A DNA stretch of 64,000 nucleotides from Lophium mytilinum (Eukaryota), in contig MU004203.1 in assembly GCA_010093605.1 (NCBI GenBank), positions 326,391 to 390,390 of the forward strand, written 5' to 3'. Of the stretch, positions 39,315 to 51,493 are shown in pieces. A model generated the notes under the pieces. That model saw nothing but the letters and a program-made list of their open reading frames with translations. It searched no databases and was not told where the DNA came from. Position 1 is the first letter of the stretch; every line of letters starts with the position of its first letter. The position numbers and the translations under genes were made by a program.

Positions 39315-40826
39315 CTACAAAGCTGCCGCTATCTTCGACACGACTGCCTCCGTAAAGTCCCAGAGCTCTCCAGAATCATGTCCTGCAACCGCCGCTCCAG
39401 TGAAATATGTGTTACGCTGTCCCTGCTCGGCGTACAGCTGCTGATAGAAGCCGTCCTTGATATCATCAGCGGAGACCTGCATGCCGAACGGGCTGTGGCT
39501 GGCAAACGCGATGATCTGCGGGTTGTAGTCGCCCGTCGTGTTGAAGTCGCCAGAGGTATGCATAGCATGCACTTTAGCACTGATATCATCTTGGATGGCT
39601 TGACGGCTGATATCGGTAGTATTGTGGCCGTACTTGAAGTCAAAGACTCCAGTAATGTTAGTGCTTCGGAGCCAGTAAAGCCCTGGTACTTCTGGGATGT
39701 GGAATTCCGTGCCTGTGGCAGCGAAGTTGTACTCCGCGTTGGTTGGCAAGCCAGTTGAGTTGACCAGACCAGTGTAATAGTAGTGGGGGACAAACTTTCC
39801 AAGGAGACTAGTTTCTTGAGGGTCGGGGTAGAGACCGCGGAGATTGTCGATTGTGAGGGGTGCAGTAATGAGCAGAGCTTCTGCCATGATCAACTCGTGG
39901 CTAGATGAATTCTCGACATGTACGAGAATGCTAGGCTTGTTGTTGCTGCGACGATTTTGCAGGAATCCGACGGCGTGGGAGTCGAGGAGGACGTCGTCGC
40001 CAAGTTCCTGCAAGGCAAGGTCGTAGATTTGGTGCATCTGACCCTTTGCTCTCATGGTGACGTTATTTGCTGAGCGCACAACCCGGTCCAGATCGAATTC
40101 CTTGAGAACGTATAGCGCCGGCTGTCGCAAGAAGTCACTTCCGCCCTGCTGCTGCAGATAGAAGAAGTAGAGAATAGCCTCAAGCTGATACTTCTTGGCA
40201 AAGTCGAGGAACGACAGCGTGAAGTCTTCCGGGACTGGAGAATCGAGGTAGTACCCGCTGGAAAGGTTGACATACTTGGCTCGCTGCACGGCATAGTTGG
40301 CCTGCGCAGCTAGTATATCATTCAGGCTGTACCCAACCCCGCCTACCATATTCCTGCCGGTCTGGTAGTCGACGAAGAGCATATCACGGGTGTTCGGTGC
40401 CAGCCCATACTCTACCTCGATGCCGAAACGGTCCACGAAGCGCATGCTCGCGTTTGTGACATGCCATGTCTCGACACCGAGCTCTACCGTCTGTCCACTC
40501 GCTGGGTCAGTCCAAGTCTCCGTATGGCCCCCTTTGAACCCAGTTAGTTCGGTCGCCAGTGCAAATCAACGCAGACTTCACTGAGATTAGAGCAATTGCA
40601 TACCTAGAGTGCTCTTGGCTTCGATGACAGTAACGGTCTTGCCCATGTCCTTGAGCCGAACAGCCGCATAGGTACCACTGGCACCGCCTCCAATGATGCA
40701 GACGTCTGTGGTACGCCCAAACCACCCATCCGGGTTGAAGGGACCGCGAGTGTCATTGTCTGCAGCTGCCCGAACGGTCGAGACGATCAAGCCCAAGGCC
40801 AGGGAAATCAAAAGTGAGAGGCGCAT
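39315..40826 (-). CDS. Secreted FAD-dependent oxidoreductase (flavin amine oxidase-like), 2 exons
   Basis: Signal peptide [20 protein letters not shown] and Rossmann motif [29 protein letters not shown]. After the intron at about 40603-40532 it reads [10 protein letters not shown], and the C-terminus is [17 protein letters not shown]. Confidence 0.88.
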
Positions 40827-42025
40827 CTCGATGGACCTTCGAACGGCAATCACTGGAACTAGGCGTAGACAATGCAACAATGGTCCCGTTGAGGGTGGCG
40901 ATAGATGGTGGGCTGCCGTGGAGAGGGTTCGTGGGTTGTGTTGCGAAGTAGTGAAAGGGCAGGCGCGGATGAGGAGCTAGGCAGGTGGAAGGAAGGAGCA
41001 AGAGGTAGGCGCATAAGGTTCAATCTTCCTAATAGGCAACTGGGACCCAAAGTAAGAGTCGTTCTCATTCACGCTTCTTCTCACAACGCTGAGTATGCTT
41101 TAGTGGATAGTATATTCAGCCTCTAATTTGGATCGGAAACACCATTGCTGCCACACTGAAATACCTCGAACAACGCAACGGGAGACACTCAGATGGTCAA
41201 GAGGACCACAAAACTTCATGGACAAACCTAGCATTATCGGGAGACCATTATCGAAACGAACCTTGATCCTGTGCCACTAAAGTGGTGACAGTTTGGTTAC
41301 ATTCGGGACGCCCTTTCAGTTGTGCTTCTCGATCTCAGGAGATGACTGCTTGGCCTGCAGGCGCTCACCGTCGAGACATGCATTATTCCGCCTCTGCAGA
41401 TTTTCAGGTAAGCCAGGGCGTGCCGTGCACAAACCGTTCTATTGCCGTTGGAAACAAGCATCAGTGAACCACAGTTACGTGTAGTCATACTCCCGCTCAT
41501 AGAGTCATCGGCAAACCCGTAATAGTACTAGGATGTGGCAGTGCTGTTGTCTTGTTGGCCGGATTGTGAAACAGATGAGGTTGAAATAGAGGCGATGCTG
41601 GCAGTTAGGACCCATCACGTGGATAAGTGTAGCTCAAATCCTCTTGGTCATGTACGTAATGCTACTAATGAGATCAACTAAAGCTTTTCAAGATATCAAT
41701 GAGTACTCTAACCTCGTTTGCAGATGTGGTTGTTGCCAGTGCTGTCACTACCACACGTGATCGCTGATTCAGTGTTGGCCGAAGCGCCAAAAAAGTTGCA
41801 TCAACAGGCGTCAGTCTGCGGCCCTGCATATCGGAGTCATATGCTATTCCTAGGACAACATATCTCTGCAACGAGAGCACGTCACTACTACACTCACTAG
41901 ATGCATATAATTGACTACATAGCTAGGTAGACCTCCTGGCTCTGTTCGCGGCGCATTCACAGTGTATTCACAGCACATAAAAAGCACATTCACAGCGCGT
42001 TCAATTCAAGGCGCATTCACAGAGC

Positions 42026-43978
42026 ATGCTCGACAAGCTCCCCTTTGAGCTCCTCTCCCACATCCACACCTACCTCGATACCGCGCAAGCCGTTGCCCAT
42101 CTCTCAGTCACCTGTCGCCGTCTTCACACCTTTTCTGCCAAAGAAGGATGGAAGATTTTCCTCCGCACACGGTTTCCCTCGCTCTCGACACCTTCTCAGC
42201 CCAACGACTACAAGGAAGTTGCCCACGGGCTGACTACGCTCTCTCGCAATTGGGACCGCAAAGGCTTCGTCGCCCGATACCTTGAGCCGGCAGGCAGCAT
42301 TACCAGTCTTCCAACGTGGGAGCAGGTTCCACGTTGGCAGCACAAGGATGGGCAGACGATCGGGTATCAACCCTGCATAGACAGCTACGAGGAATGGACT
42401 AGCGGCGACTGGAGCTCGAGGAAGCAGGTCTTGACTTGGTGCGCTGGGACTGAGCTACTCGTTCGAGTCAAAAAAACCGGGCGTGATACACAGGGGTTCT
42501 ATGATACTGCTAGTCCAAACGATCGCAACTTCTATTTCGATCAGTACAAGCACTTGACTTCATGGTTCAGATACGGGATCCCTGGCGGGATGGAAGGGCG
42601 AGACGATATCACTTCTTTGGAAGTGATTAGGCCATATCAGAAAGCACCCGGAGCCGACCATGTAGAGAGCGTGGTTTTTGCCACAGCAAATGGTGTTCTA
42701 CAACGACTCAACATTGGGTTGGACGGAGGTCGCACCTCGAGCGTACAGTCTTATACTACGGATGGTATTATGATCCACTGCACATCGCTCTCACCATCTA
42801 CCTCGCCCATTCTGGCGACAGACTCGGGAGTGTCTGGAATTGCGTTGTATCCGATGCACCAAGAGAACCAGACCGAGTCTCTTTCCGCTTTCAGTCAAAT
42901 CGACTTACTGCCCGAAGTAGTCACTCTCAAAGGTTTCAGTATCTGGGGACTCAACTTCTTGTCAGAAAACAAGCTAGGAGTAGGCGTCGGACCATCGACT
43001 GAATCATTCCGTATCTTCGAGGTTTCTTCTGCAGGTTTAGTCAAGGAACCCATCCGAAGCTACCAGTTCGATAGGCCAGAAGATTCGCATCGCTTGGATA
43101 GTTTACCTAGAGGTCCTATAGAAGTCTCAACGTACTCGATCATCCCTCTACCGCCGTCGTCACAAGGTGGCCGTGATTCTGGTGAAGTCTTCCTCACAGG
43201 TGACACCAGTGGGACCATTCGACTCCACGACTTGCGTTCGCCCTCGTCATCTGAGTGCAGCTACTGGGACACCGCAAACGATTCCGCCATCTATTCACTC
43301 CAAACCCAAGGCCGTGAACGAATCATTGCTGGTACCGGTCGCCATACCACTGTTATGGTCTACGATTTGCGCGTCTCTGGAGGTCGATCTTACTACAATA
43401 TCGAGGTTCCACCAACAACACAGCGTCACCACAAAGCCCGCAATCCCAGAGCTACCAGACCAAAGATGGAGAAGAAGTCCGACGCCCACTACAACTGGAA
43501 CGTTTTCCTTAACCCACGCGGCGTGAATCAGTTCCGAGCCCAAAACAGCCGAAGATCTCACAATCGGTACGAACGCGACTCTCCGGTCTACACCCTGTCT
43601 CTGCCGTCGCCAAGCTCGCCTACCCTCTTTGCCGGCGTAGAAGATGCAGTAATTCAGCTTGATTTCACCGCAATTCTGGACGTGCACCCAGACCCATTCT
43701 TTGCGTCCACGTTAGAAAGGACCCAGCGTGGGGAGATAAACGTGAAAAAGAGCTGGAATCCCAGAGGCGACGTGATGAACTTCGGAATGTACGACAAGAC
43801 GGACCAGACCGCGTTCGGCATGAACCTCTGGGTGCAGGCAGGCGTAGGCCATTACCAAGGAACGGCTCCGGGGTTGGACGATAGGTGGAGAGATCCGAGT
43901 CAAGTCGACCCAACGCCTCAAAGAAGCAATAGGAGCGACAGGAGCGACACAACAAGGGACACGCGGCGTGGTGAGTAG
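42026..43978 (+). CDS. F-box protein with a WD40-like beta-propeller C-terminal region
   Basis: N-terminal F-box LDKLPFELLSHIHTYL...LSVTCRRLH, followed by WD-like segments (FLTGDTSGTIRLHDLRS, AIYSL...IIAGTGRHTTVMVYDLR). Intronless, 650 aa. Confidence 0.85.
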   Translation: MLDKLPFELLSHIHTYLDTAQAVAHLSVTCRRLHTFSAKEGWKIFLRTRFPSLSTPSQPNDYKEVAHGLTTLSRNWDRKGFVARYLEPAGSITSLPTWEQVPRWQHKDGQTIGYQPCIDSYEEWTSGDWSSRKQVLTWCAGTELLVRVKKTGRDTQGFYDTASPNDRNFYFDQYKHLTSWFRYGIPGGMEGRDDITSLEVIRPYQKAPGADHVESVVFATANGVLQRLNIGLDGGRTSSVQSYTTDGIMIHCTSLSPSTSPILATDSGVSGIALYPMHQENQTESLSAFSQIDLLPEVVTLKGFSIWGLNFLSENKLGVGVGPSTESFRIFEVSSAGLVKEPIRSYQFDRPEDSHRLDSLPRGPIEVSTYSIIPLPPSSQGGRDSGEVFLTGDTSGTIRLHDLRSPSSSECSYWDTANDSAIYSLQTQGRERIIAGTGRHTTVMVYDLRVSGGRSYYNIEVPPTTQRHHKARNPRATRPKMEKKSDAHYNWNVFLNPRGVNQFRAQNSRRSHNRYERDSPVYTLSLPSPSSPTLFAGVEDAVIQLDFTAILDVHPDPFFASTLERTQRGEINVKKSWNPRGDVMNFGMYDKTDQTAFGMNLWVQAGVGHYQGTAPGLDDRWRDPSQVDPTPQRSNRSDRSDTTRDTRRGE

Positions 43979-45083
43979 TAGAGGTTATTTCAGTCGAAGT
44001 TAGTAGGAAAGGAGTCTTAGATAGTGGAAATGTGTCTCTTCAGCCGCAGAGCGTCCTAGGCGAAAGATCACAAATACACCTAATGTATAATGAATCCCAT
44101 GAACTTACATTTGCCCCTCGTGTGTCACATTTGGCACGGCTCTACAAAAAGATCACCTTTACGCCAACATTGAAGTCAACGTACGCTGATTGTCGTGATA
44201 ATATTCTATTCGTACGATCGGGCAACCGAACAGCACCGTAGCGTCCCTTTGTACGAGGAGTACGAGGCTGTGCACGCTCATATGGTGATTTGCAGGGGCT
44301 ACTTCGTACGGACCGTACAGTACGCGTCAACCTAGCGGGCTCCAAGCCTCCTTGATATCAGGCTTCGAAACGTGCGAGTCTGATCGTCAGAGACATTGAA
44401 CGCTCGCATCTCGCATCAGACACCCCGCGTGTACTAGTCTCTTGCTGACGCCCGAAGAACAAAGCTGAGATCTGCAAAACGAAGTCTTGAAACTTATAAC
44501 TGCCAGCGGTCACAACTCTCAGTGTCTTCTTACTCTTTCATGTATCAGGTTATTATATACGTAGCTTGTCTAAGTTCTAACATCGTCCTTTCCTTATCAC
44601 AACTCGTATCATCACGCCTGCTACCAATTCTGCTATTCCCAACTCTGGAACCCCCATACCCATCCTACCCTCTTGTCCGCGCAAAATCACTGTCCGGAGG
44701 GGCCCAGCTAGCAGCCTACTAGCCCATCAAGGGACTGCCAAAATTCCGCTACATCAACCTCTAAGTCCTTCAAGAACGTGACACTTATAAGCTTAGGCAT
44801 ACCACTACCCAGGCTTCAGTCTTGTTCTCTCAACACCACTGTCAGGAGCTGCCCAGGTAGCAAGTTATTGACCCGTCCAGAGAAAGTGCAATTCCAACCG
44901 CATCAGCCATTACATCCTCTGAAGACGTCAAATCTCTAAGCTTAGGCACACAGATAGCACAGCATATAGCATTGCTCAAGCTCCCCCCTTGCCCACTCAA
45001 AACCACCATCAGGAGTACCCCAGCCAACACCCTACCAAACCATCGCGAAAGCCACCCAAAACCACACCACACCATCCCCCACC

Positions 45084-46964
45084 ATGTCCTCCCCCCAAAA
45101 ATACGACTTCATCATCATCGGCGGCGGCACCGCCGGCCTCCCCCTCAGCGCCCTCCTCTCCGCCTCCCCCCACCTCTCCATCCTCGTCCTCGAAGCCGGC
45201 GCCCACCACCCGACCTCCACCGACCCCTTAGTCGACATCCCCGGCCTCTACGGGCACTCCTTCGGCCGCCCCACCCACGACTGGAGCTTCACCACCGTCC
45301 CGCAGCAGCACCTGCACAACACGACCCACCGCTGGCCGCGCGGCAAGATGCTCGGCGGCACCAGCGGCATCAACCTCATGATGCACTCGCAGTGCTCCGC
45401 GCGCGACTTGGACAATTGGGTCGCGCTCGGCAACCCGGGCTGGTCGTACGCGGAGCTGCTGCCGTATTTCCAGCGCTCAGAGAGGTACAGCGCGCCGTCG
45501 GAGGCGCTGGGGGAGAAGCTGGGGTATGTGCCCGTGGATGCGGGGCTCCGGGGCGGCGAGGGCCCTGTGAGGGTTGGGTTCTGCGAAAGCGTGAGTACGT
45601 GGGCGCAGGGGATGTGGCCGGTGCTTGGGGAGGCGATGGGGTATCCGAGCCCGAAGGACTGTAGGGGGGGAACGAGTTTGGGGTTGTTTAATCAGCCGCT
45701 GGGGGTGGATGAGCAGGGGAGGAGGAGTTATGCGACGCGGTATTGGGAGCCGGTGCGGGAGAGGGGGAACTTGGAGGTCAGGACGGGGTCGTTGGTAGAG
45801 AGGGTTGTGTTTGGGGAGGGAAAGGGAGCGAAGGGGGTGGCGGCTACGGGGGTGCAGTATGTTTGTGAGGGGGAGAGGGTTACGGTTGAGCTTGGGGAGG
45901 GAGGGGAAGTAATTGTGTGTGCTGGGGCTGTGCAGAGTCCCCAGATTTTGGAGTTGTCAGGGCTTGGGAATAAGGAGGTGTTGGAGAGGTATGGAATTGA
46001 GATGGTTGTGGCATTACCGGGTGTGGGGGAGAATTTGAGGGATCACATTGTGGCGCCTTTTAGTTGGGTAAGTTGAGATGATCCGGATGATTTGTGACGA
46101 CTACTAACACGCTGTGGTGAATAGGAGGTCAAAGAAGGAGTGCCCACTAGCGAGGCGGCGGCAAAGCCAGAAGTGTTCGCACAGCTAATGGAGCTCTATC
46201 AGAAGACCCAGGGAGGGCCATTGGCGAATACAGTAACCACGACGGGTTTCCTCCCATACCACGGCCTAGCAACAACATTGTCGACAACCGACACTGAGGA
46301 GCACATCAAGGATATTTGCCCCACGTTGATGAGCCCTCCAGATGCTCTTGCGAAGCTCCAGCTCATAGACAAGAGTGAGGCAGCTGTGCAAGTCCTCTTC
46401 GTATCAAAAGGAGTAGACACCGCGCGAATGGACACTCCACGCACCGGATGGGGCCACAGTTTCCCAGGAGCATACGGCACAATCCTCGCTGCCACAACGA
46501 GGACTTTCTCTCGCGGCAGCATCCACATCAAGTCCGCAGACCCAACAGAGCATCCAGAGATCGATCCAGCTTATCTTTCGCATCCCTTAGACATAGATGT
46601 TCTCGCTCAAGCAATCCTTCATTTCCAAGACATGGCTAGAACGGATCCTTTGAGTGGATTCCTCAAGAAAGACGCTGACGGCGCGAATGTTCCGATACCA
46701 GGAATGACGGCTCCGAAGACGCTCGCGGAGGCGAAACAACACGTGCACAAGCACGCATTCACAGAGTACCACCCCATCGGCACATGTTCAATGCTGCCAA
46801 AAGAGAGTGGAGGTGTGGTTGATTCGAATCTGAAGGTGTATGGGACTACGAATGTGCGGGTGTGCGATGCTAGCATCTTTCCAATGCATGTCCAGGGGAA
46901 CATACAAAGCCTAGTGTACGCTGTTGCAGAGAAAACGGCTGATTTGCTCCTAGCGAAGAAGTGA
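45084..46964 (+). CDS. GMC oxidoreductase (AA3), intracellular, 2 exons (intron about 46068-46124)
   Basis: YDFIIIGGGTAG, LVLEAG, WPRGKMLGGTSGIN, EVIVCAGAVQSPQILELSG, VGENLRDH and the catalytic YHPIGTCSM...GVVDSNLKVYGTTNVRVCDASIFP. No signal peptide. Confidence 0.93.
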
Positions 46965-47134
46965 TGCTACTCACTTGGTTCAAAGTATATTAGAGAGCTT
47001 TTTAGCCTTGTTTTAGAGCAGTGTTAGAGAGAAAATCTGATGTCTCGGTCCTCCTAAGCTCTGAATTCCTGTTCGAGATTTCTGACGACCCTCTCTATTG
47101 ACCGCGGTTGCTGGACGCCGTCGATTTCTCGGAT

Positions 47135-48444
47135 TCATGTATGGACGCCGTCGATTCTTCGGATTCGTGGTGTAGGTTGGGTATCCTTCTCAGCCTCTGC
47201 CACTGCTAGGCTCAGAGTCGGTAGTAATCCTCTCTTATCGGCTTCACGTCCTGTGGCCTGCAGACAAGCCCATCTGACCCCATCGATGCCCATTCTTTCC
47301 CTGCGAAACATGACTTTTACAGAGCTACATGCAAGCACTTCTCCGAGGGCCGACACGCCTTGTATGCCTTGAGGTATGATTTCCTCCAGTATTTTCTCGC
47401 TAATCTCCCGAATCTCCGAAATTCCTTTGTATTTCAGCGACCCGTTCTCTCCCTCGACAAGTACGTGGGCAGGTAGGGTTATCGGTGGATTCACCAACTT
47501 ATCGGCTTTGGCTAAAATGATTTGATGCGGGACAGAGTTCTGGCGCATGATATCAAGGATCTGCCAGTCGGCTGGTTTGAGGCCGTGTTCAGCATCAACG
47601 AGGAGGAAAGCGCGGCGTAGTCTGGAGAGCGTGGAGGAATTAGCCCAAGGATGGCAAGTAGTAGACGTAGACTAAGCGATGAATGCCAAAGAACATTTAG
47701 AACGTACTGTTTGCGCTGGGAGAGATATTTGATGATCTCCTCGCCCCATTCCTGCCTGCTACCTTGTCCGTAGCCAGGCATATCCACGACTACTAGTCCT
47801 CCTCTTCCGACTATCCTGGGGTGCTCTTTTCCTTTCCCCTTCTGTAATATCACGCCCCCTGAGCTTGTCTGTCCAATTCCAAACGCATTCATCGACCTTG
47901 TCCGCCCCGGCTTGCTGCTCGTATTGGCCAGATGCGCATTCGGGCGGTTGAACAGAGCGTTCAGCAAGCTGCTCTTCCCGACATTGCTGCGCCCGAGGAA
48001 CGCGACTTCGGGGACATCTGACTCGGGAAATTCGCGAAATTTGTGGGTAGCGAAGAGGAAGCTTGGCTTCACGTCTCTCGTGAATACGTCCTTTGCATAG
48101 TTGAGCTGTTGCGCGTTTGGAGGAGTTGTGTCGCGGTAGTAGTTGAGATGCTGATTGAATATGGCGCTCTTGTTGGGATTCGCGTCTACACGTCGAATAG
48201 GTAATGTGCGTACGCCATCTTCTCCTGTTTGTGGGCCGATGGTGAACAGTCCCTTCCTCTCATGTTGCTTCTTCGTAACTTGGGTCTTAGGCCTTGCAGA
48301 CGTAGTTCTGGCTTGCGCGTTCGAATTGGGACCAGTGCTGAAAGGGGCCCGCGGGCTATAGTACCTGGATGGAGGTTCCCGAGAGAGCCTGCGCATGCAT
48401 CGCGTACATACATAAGGCGCTCTAGATAAACATGATGAAGCCAT
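47135..48444 (-). CDS. Mitochondrial EngB/YihA-type GTPase (Mrx8/GTPBP8-like), 2 exons
   Basis: G1 PEVAFLGRSNVGKSSLLNAL, G2 SSKPGRT, G3 VVDMPGYG and G4 AKADK. Presequence-like N-terminus MASSCLSRAPYVCTRCMRR. Confidence 0.88.
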
Positions 48445-48615
48445 TAGTAGTGAAAGGTGTTGCATCAAATAGTCAAGGCTTGTCTGCAACATTTTGGTTT
48501 AAGCTTTTTGACCTAGGCAATTTCGCCGCAACCTCCGACGACAACCCCGAGGTCCCAATTCATCACCACCCATCCATCAAGACACCCCTCAGCTGCTTCA
48601 AATCCAAACACGACA

Positions 48616-48954
48616 ATGTCATCCCCACAGTCGCCAGCTTTGCGCTCTCTATACCGCCGTATCCTCCGCGAACTGCCCTCTCAGCATGCTGCTCGGCAGA
48701 AGCTGTCCAATCCCTCCACTCTTCAGCAGACTATACGCTCCCGCTTCGCCGCATCAGCAGAGCCACCGGCATTGCCAGCCCGGATACAAGAAGCGGAGCA
48801 ATTTGTTCAATACGCGCAGGCGCAACGGATGTATTCGACACTGATCGAGCGGTACAACCCTGGCATGGGCATGGATGAGGAGGAGAGAGTGCGGCTGTCA
48901 GCGCGGAGGGTGGGGATGGACTTACCAAAGGAGTTTGGCAAGGAGAAGAAATGA
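48616..48954 (+). CDS. fmc1: LYR-motif mitochondrial ATP synthase assembly factor Fmc1
   Basis: LRSLYRRILREL (LYR motif) and the Fmc1-typical AQRMYSTLIERYNPG...EERVRLSARRVGMDLP. Confidence 0.85.
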   Translation: MSSPQSPALRSLYRRILRELPSQHAARQKLSNPSTLQQTIRSRFAASAEPPALPARIQEAEQFVQYAQAQRMYSTLIERYNPGMGMDEEERVRLSARRVGMDLPKEFGKEKK

Positions 48955-50800
48955 GGAAGTTAAAATGGAGAACTGATGGATCAGTGGCTATGTACAACAT
49001 CTGGCGTTGCGCGGGGCATATTTGGAGCGTGCATGGTGATGGTTAAGTGCGAAAGGCTATGTACAGAAGTATGAACTGTATACGGTTCAAAGTAAGTCCC
49101 TGTTTACTGAAGTATGAATATATGTACACGCGATATTAAAGCGCTCTAGGCAGTTGAGCTTCGATGCGCTTTTGTATACTACACTTCCCGGTAAATACCT
49201 CACTGCTCAATTCCAGCTCCGTTGCTAGAAGGGAAGTATCTTACCTCCAGCGAGATGGATATACTTCAGACAGTTACATAACATCCTCCAACTGATGGGC
49301 CAAGAAAGTCTCCACTCCCAGCACCAATCAAGCGCGTGAATCACGTGACATGAGCTTGCGGAGCCTCGAGCAAATGCCCCAGAGACCATTTGTGGACAAG
49401 AGTGACTTCAATCATGAGAGTTTGAGCAGCCTCAAGAAGGCGAACTCGGGTAGAGGATGATGATTTGAGTGTCTGCAAGGTATGTTTGCAATACGAGGTC
49501 GCGTGGGGGCTCAGCCTCAGCTCAAGGCCACCACATTTGGCCATGTGCAGGCGACTCAGCCTTGAGCACACACGGGCTATATTACAAGTAGGCAGTGTTC
49601 CTCTGGTACATAATTGAACTGCTGTTGCAAGTGAGGCAACTACAAAATTCATTCTGTGCATGATTTACCAAGTGAGGTACAATTCACAAAAGATATACGG
49701 TGTAGAGTGCTACCTCCTTCTACTTTATTTCTTCTAAACTCTACTTCTCCAACACTCCGATCCAAAACGAGGCTTCATTGGCTATAAAACAAAACCTGGG
49801 TAAGCTACCTTGGTATAAATTAAAACCTTGGAGCGCCCACTCTATTTTCGAAACCGAGGCCTAATTCGCTATCAATCGATGTCGCGAGCTCTTCTTCATC
49901 GAACTTCTTTAAAAAGTACTTCTCCAGCACTACAGACTCTCCTCAACACGTTAGGCCACTTAGTTTTAAAGTGTCATATAGCCCGATATAGATTGGCACC
50001 CCCAGGTTCGTCCTCTCCGTCTTTTAAAATCAATTACCTTCAAGAATACCCCAATTCTGTCCGACACACCTTGCCCAAAAGTGAGCGCTAACCTGGTGTA
50101 GTTGGATGCCTCCAGACACATCGGTACTCCATATCGGAATTGAGGACTAGTCTAGCATATATCGACGGCTTGTGCCCCAACTCGTCCATCTCTTTTACGC
50201 TTGACTACCTCCAACGCCCGTCCACTGCCTCCGGTACTTCTTCTTTCAAATGAGGACCGGTCTGGGCGCCCAGTGCTTCATCGTTTGTATCCTCCCTTCT
50301 TCCAACCCCTCCCTCCACAATCTGCCTGCCGCCTTACGCAGGGGGATCTGGTTCTTTTTAATCTTCTCTCTGAAGATCTTTCCTGTGAGTGAGAGACTTG
50401 GTATTGATCAGCTGAAATGATGTTTCCTGCTATGTTTGATTCTTGGGACCTTTCCATGAGCACGCCAAGCGGACATGTTCAAAACATTGAACATAGTTGT
50501 TGTCAAGTGGCGTGAGGGTGTCACGAGGTCTAGCACTTGGCCGTTTCCCCATCGAAACATCTTTACACCGCTCAATATCTCCTCTTAGTGGACACCAACG
50601 CAGTGCAGCACTGACCCTTCCTTGCAACAGACTTTTCACTCAACAAATTAAACCTCGTGATCAAAGAGCGCCTCTTACATCTATTTCCTCCGCGCAACAA
50701 CCAACATTCTTTACACAACAATCAACGCTCCTCTTTGGCAGTGCGTCCTCCATGAGCATCCTCCTGATCACCACCCAAGCTAATTACTATCTCCCGAAAG

Positions 50801-51493
50801 ATGGTATCGGCGTCTCCGGCCGATCCAGGCTGCCTCAGTCTCCAGCCCTCCAGTCGACTCAGCTTCCTCTCCCTGCCTCGCGAACTCCGCGACATTGTGT
50901 ATCAGCATGCCCTCCAGTCTCGCCGCTCTGCCGGCCTGAGTCGTCTATGGCTGCACCACATGCGCAGCACTTATTACCCACTCACGATCCTCCTCCTCAA
51001 CCGCCAGATCAAAGAGGAGTTCATCGCAGTGGCTGCCAAACACATTGGCATCTTCGTTCTCGACGTTGAGGAGGCCAGCACCGGATCTCTTGTCGATGGT
51101 AAAGAACATAAACTCGTCTCCTACTTCCCATTCGAAAAAAGGAAGATCAAAGGCTCAAACTCACGCAGCGGGCTGGTCGAGTTCGATCCGCTGTGGTTCA
51201 AATACGTGCCACGCCTGCGGATCTCGGCGACCATCTTCCGGGGTGAGGTGGATGATAAGAACGAACACTTGCTGAAGTACGATCGACTGAAGGTGGTAGA
51301 GGTGTTGGTGGAGCGGTACAAGCTAGGTCTGCTAGAAGAGGTAAAGGAGCTCGAAGTCCAGATTGTGGCGAGCTTCGTGGTGAAGCAGGAGTGGATTTGG
51401 AAGTGGCTGGAACCTCTGAAGGAACTGCCAATGCTCAAAAGTATCTGCGTGAGAAGGCCAGGGCCGGAGGCGTGGTGGTTCAAGGAGGTTTGA
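50801..51493 (+). CDS. Hypothetical protein with an F-box-like N-terminal motif
   Basis: Intronless 230-aa ORF containing LSFLSLPRELRDIVYQHAL ... ILLLNRQIKEE. Confidence 0.65.
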   Translation: MVSASPADPGCLSLQPSSRLSFLSLPRELRDIVYQHALQSRRSAGLSRLWLHHMRSTYYPLTILLLNRQIKEEFIAVAAKHIGIFVLDVEEASTGSLVDGKEHKLVSYFPFEKRKIKGSNSRSGLVEFDPLWFKYVPRLRISATIFRGEVDDKNEHLLKYDRLKVVEVLVERYKLGLLEEVKELEVQIVASFVVKQEWIWKWLEPLKELPMLKSICVRRPGPEAWWFKEV

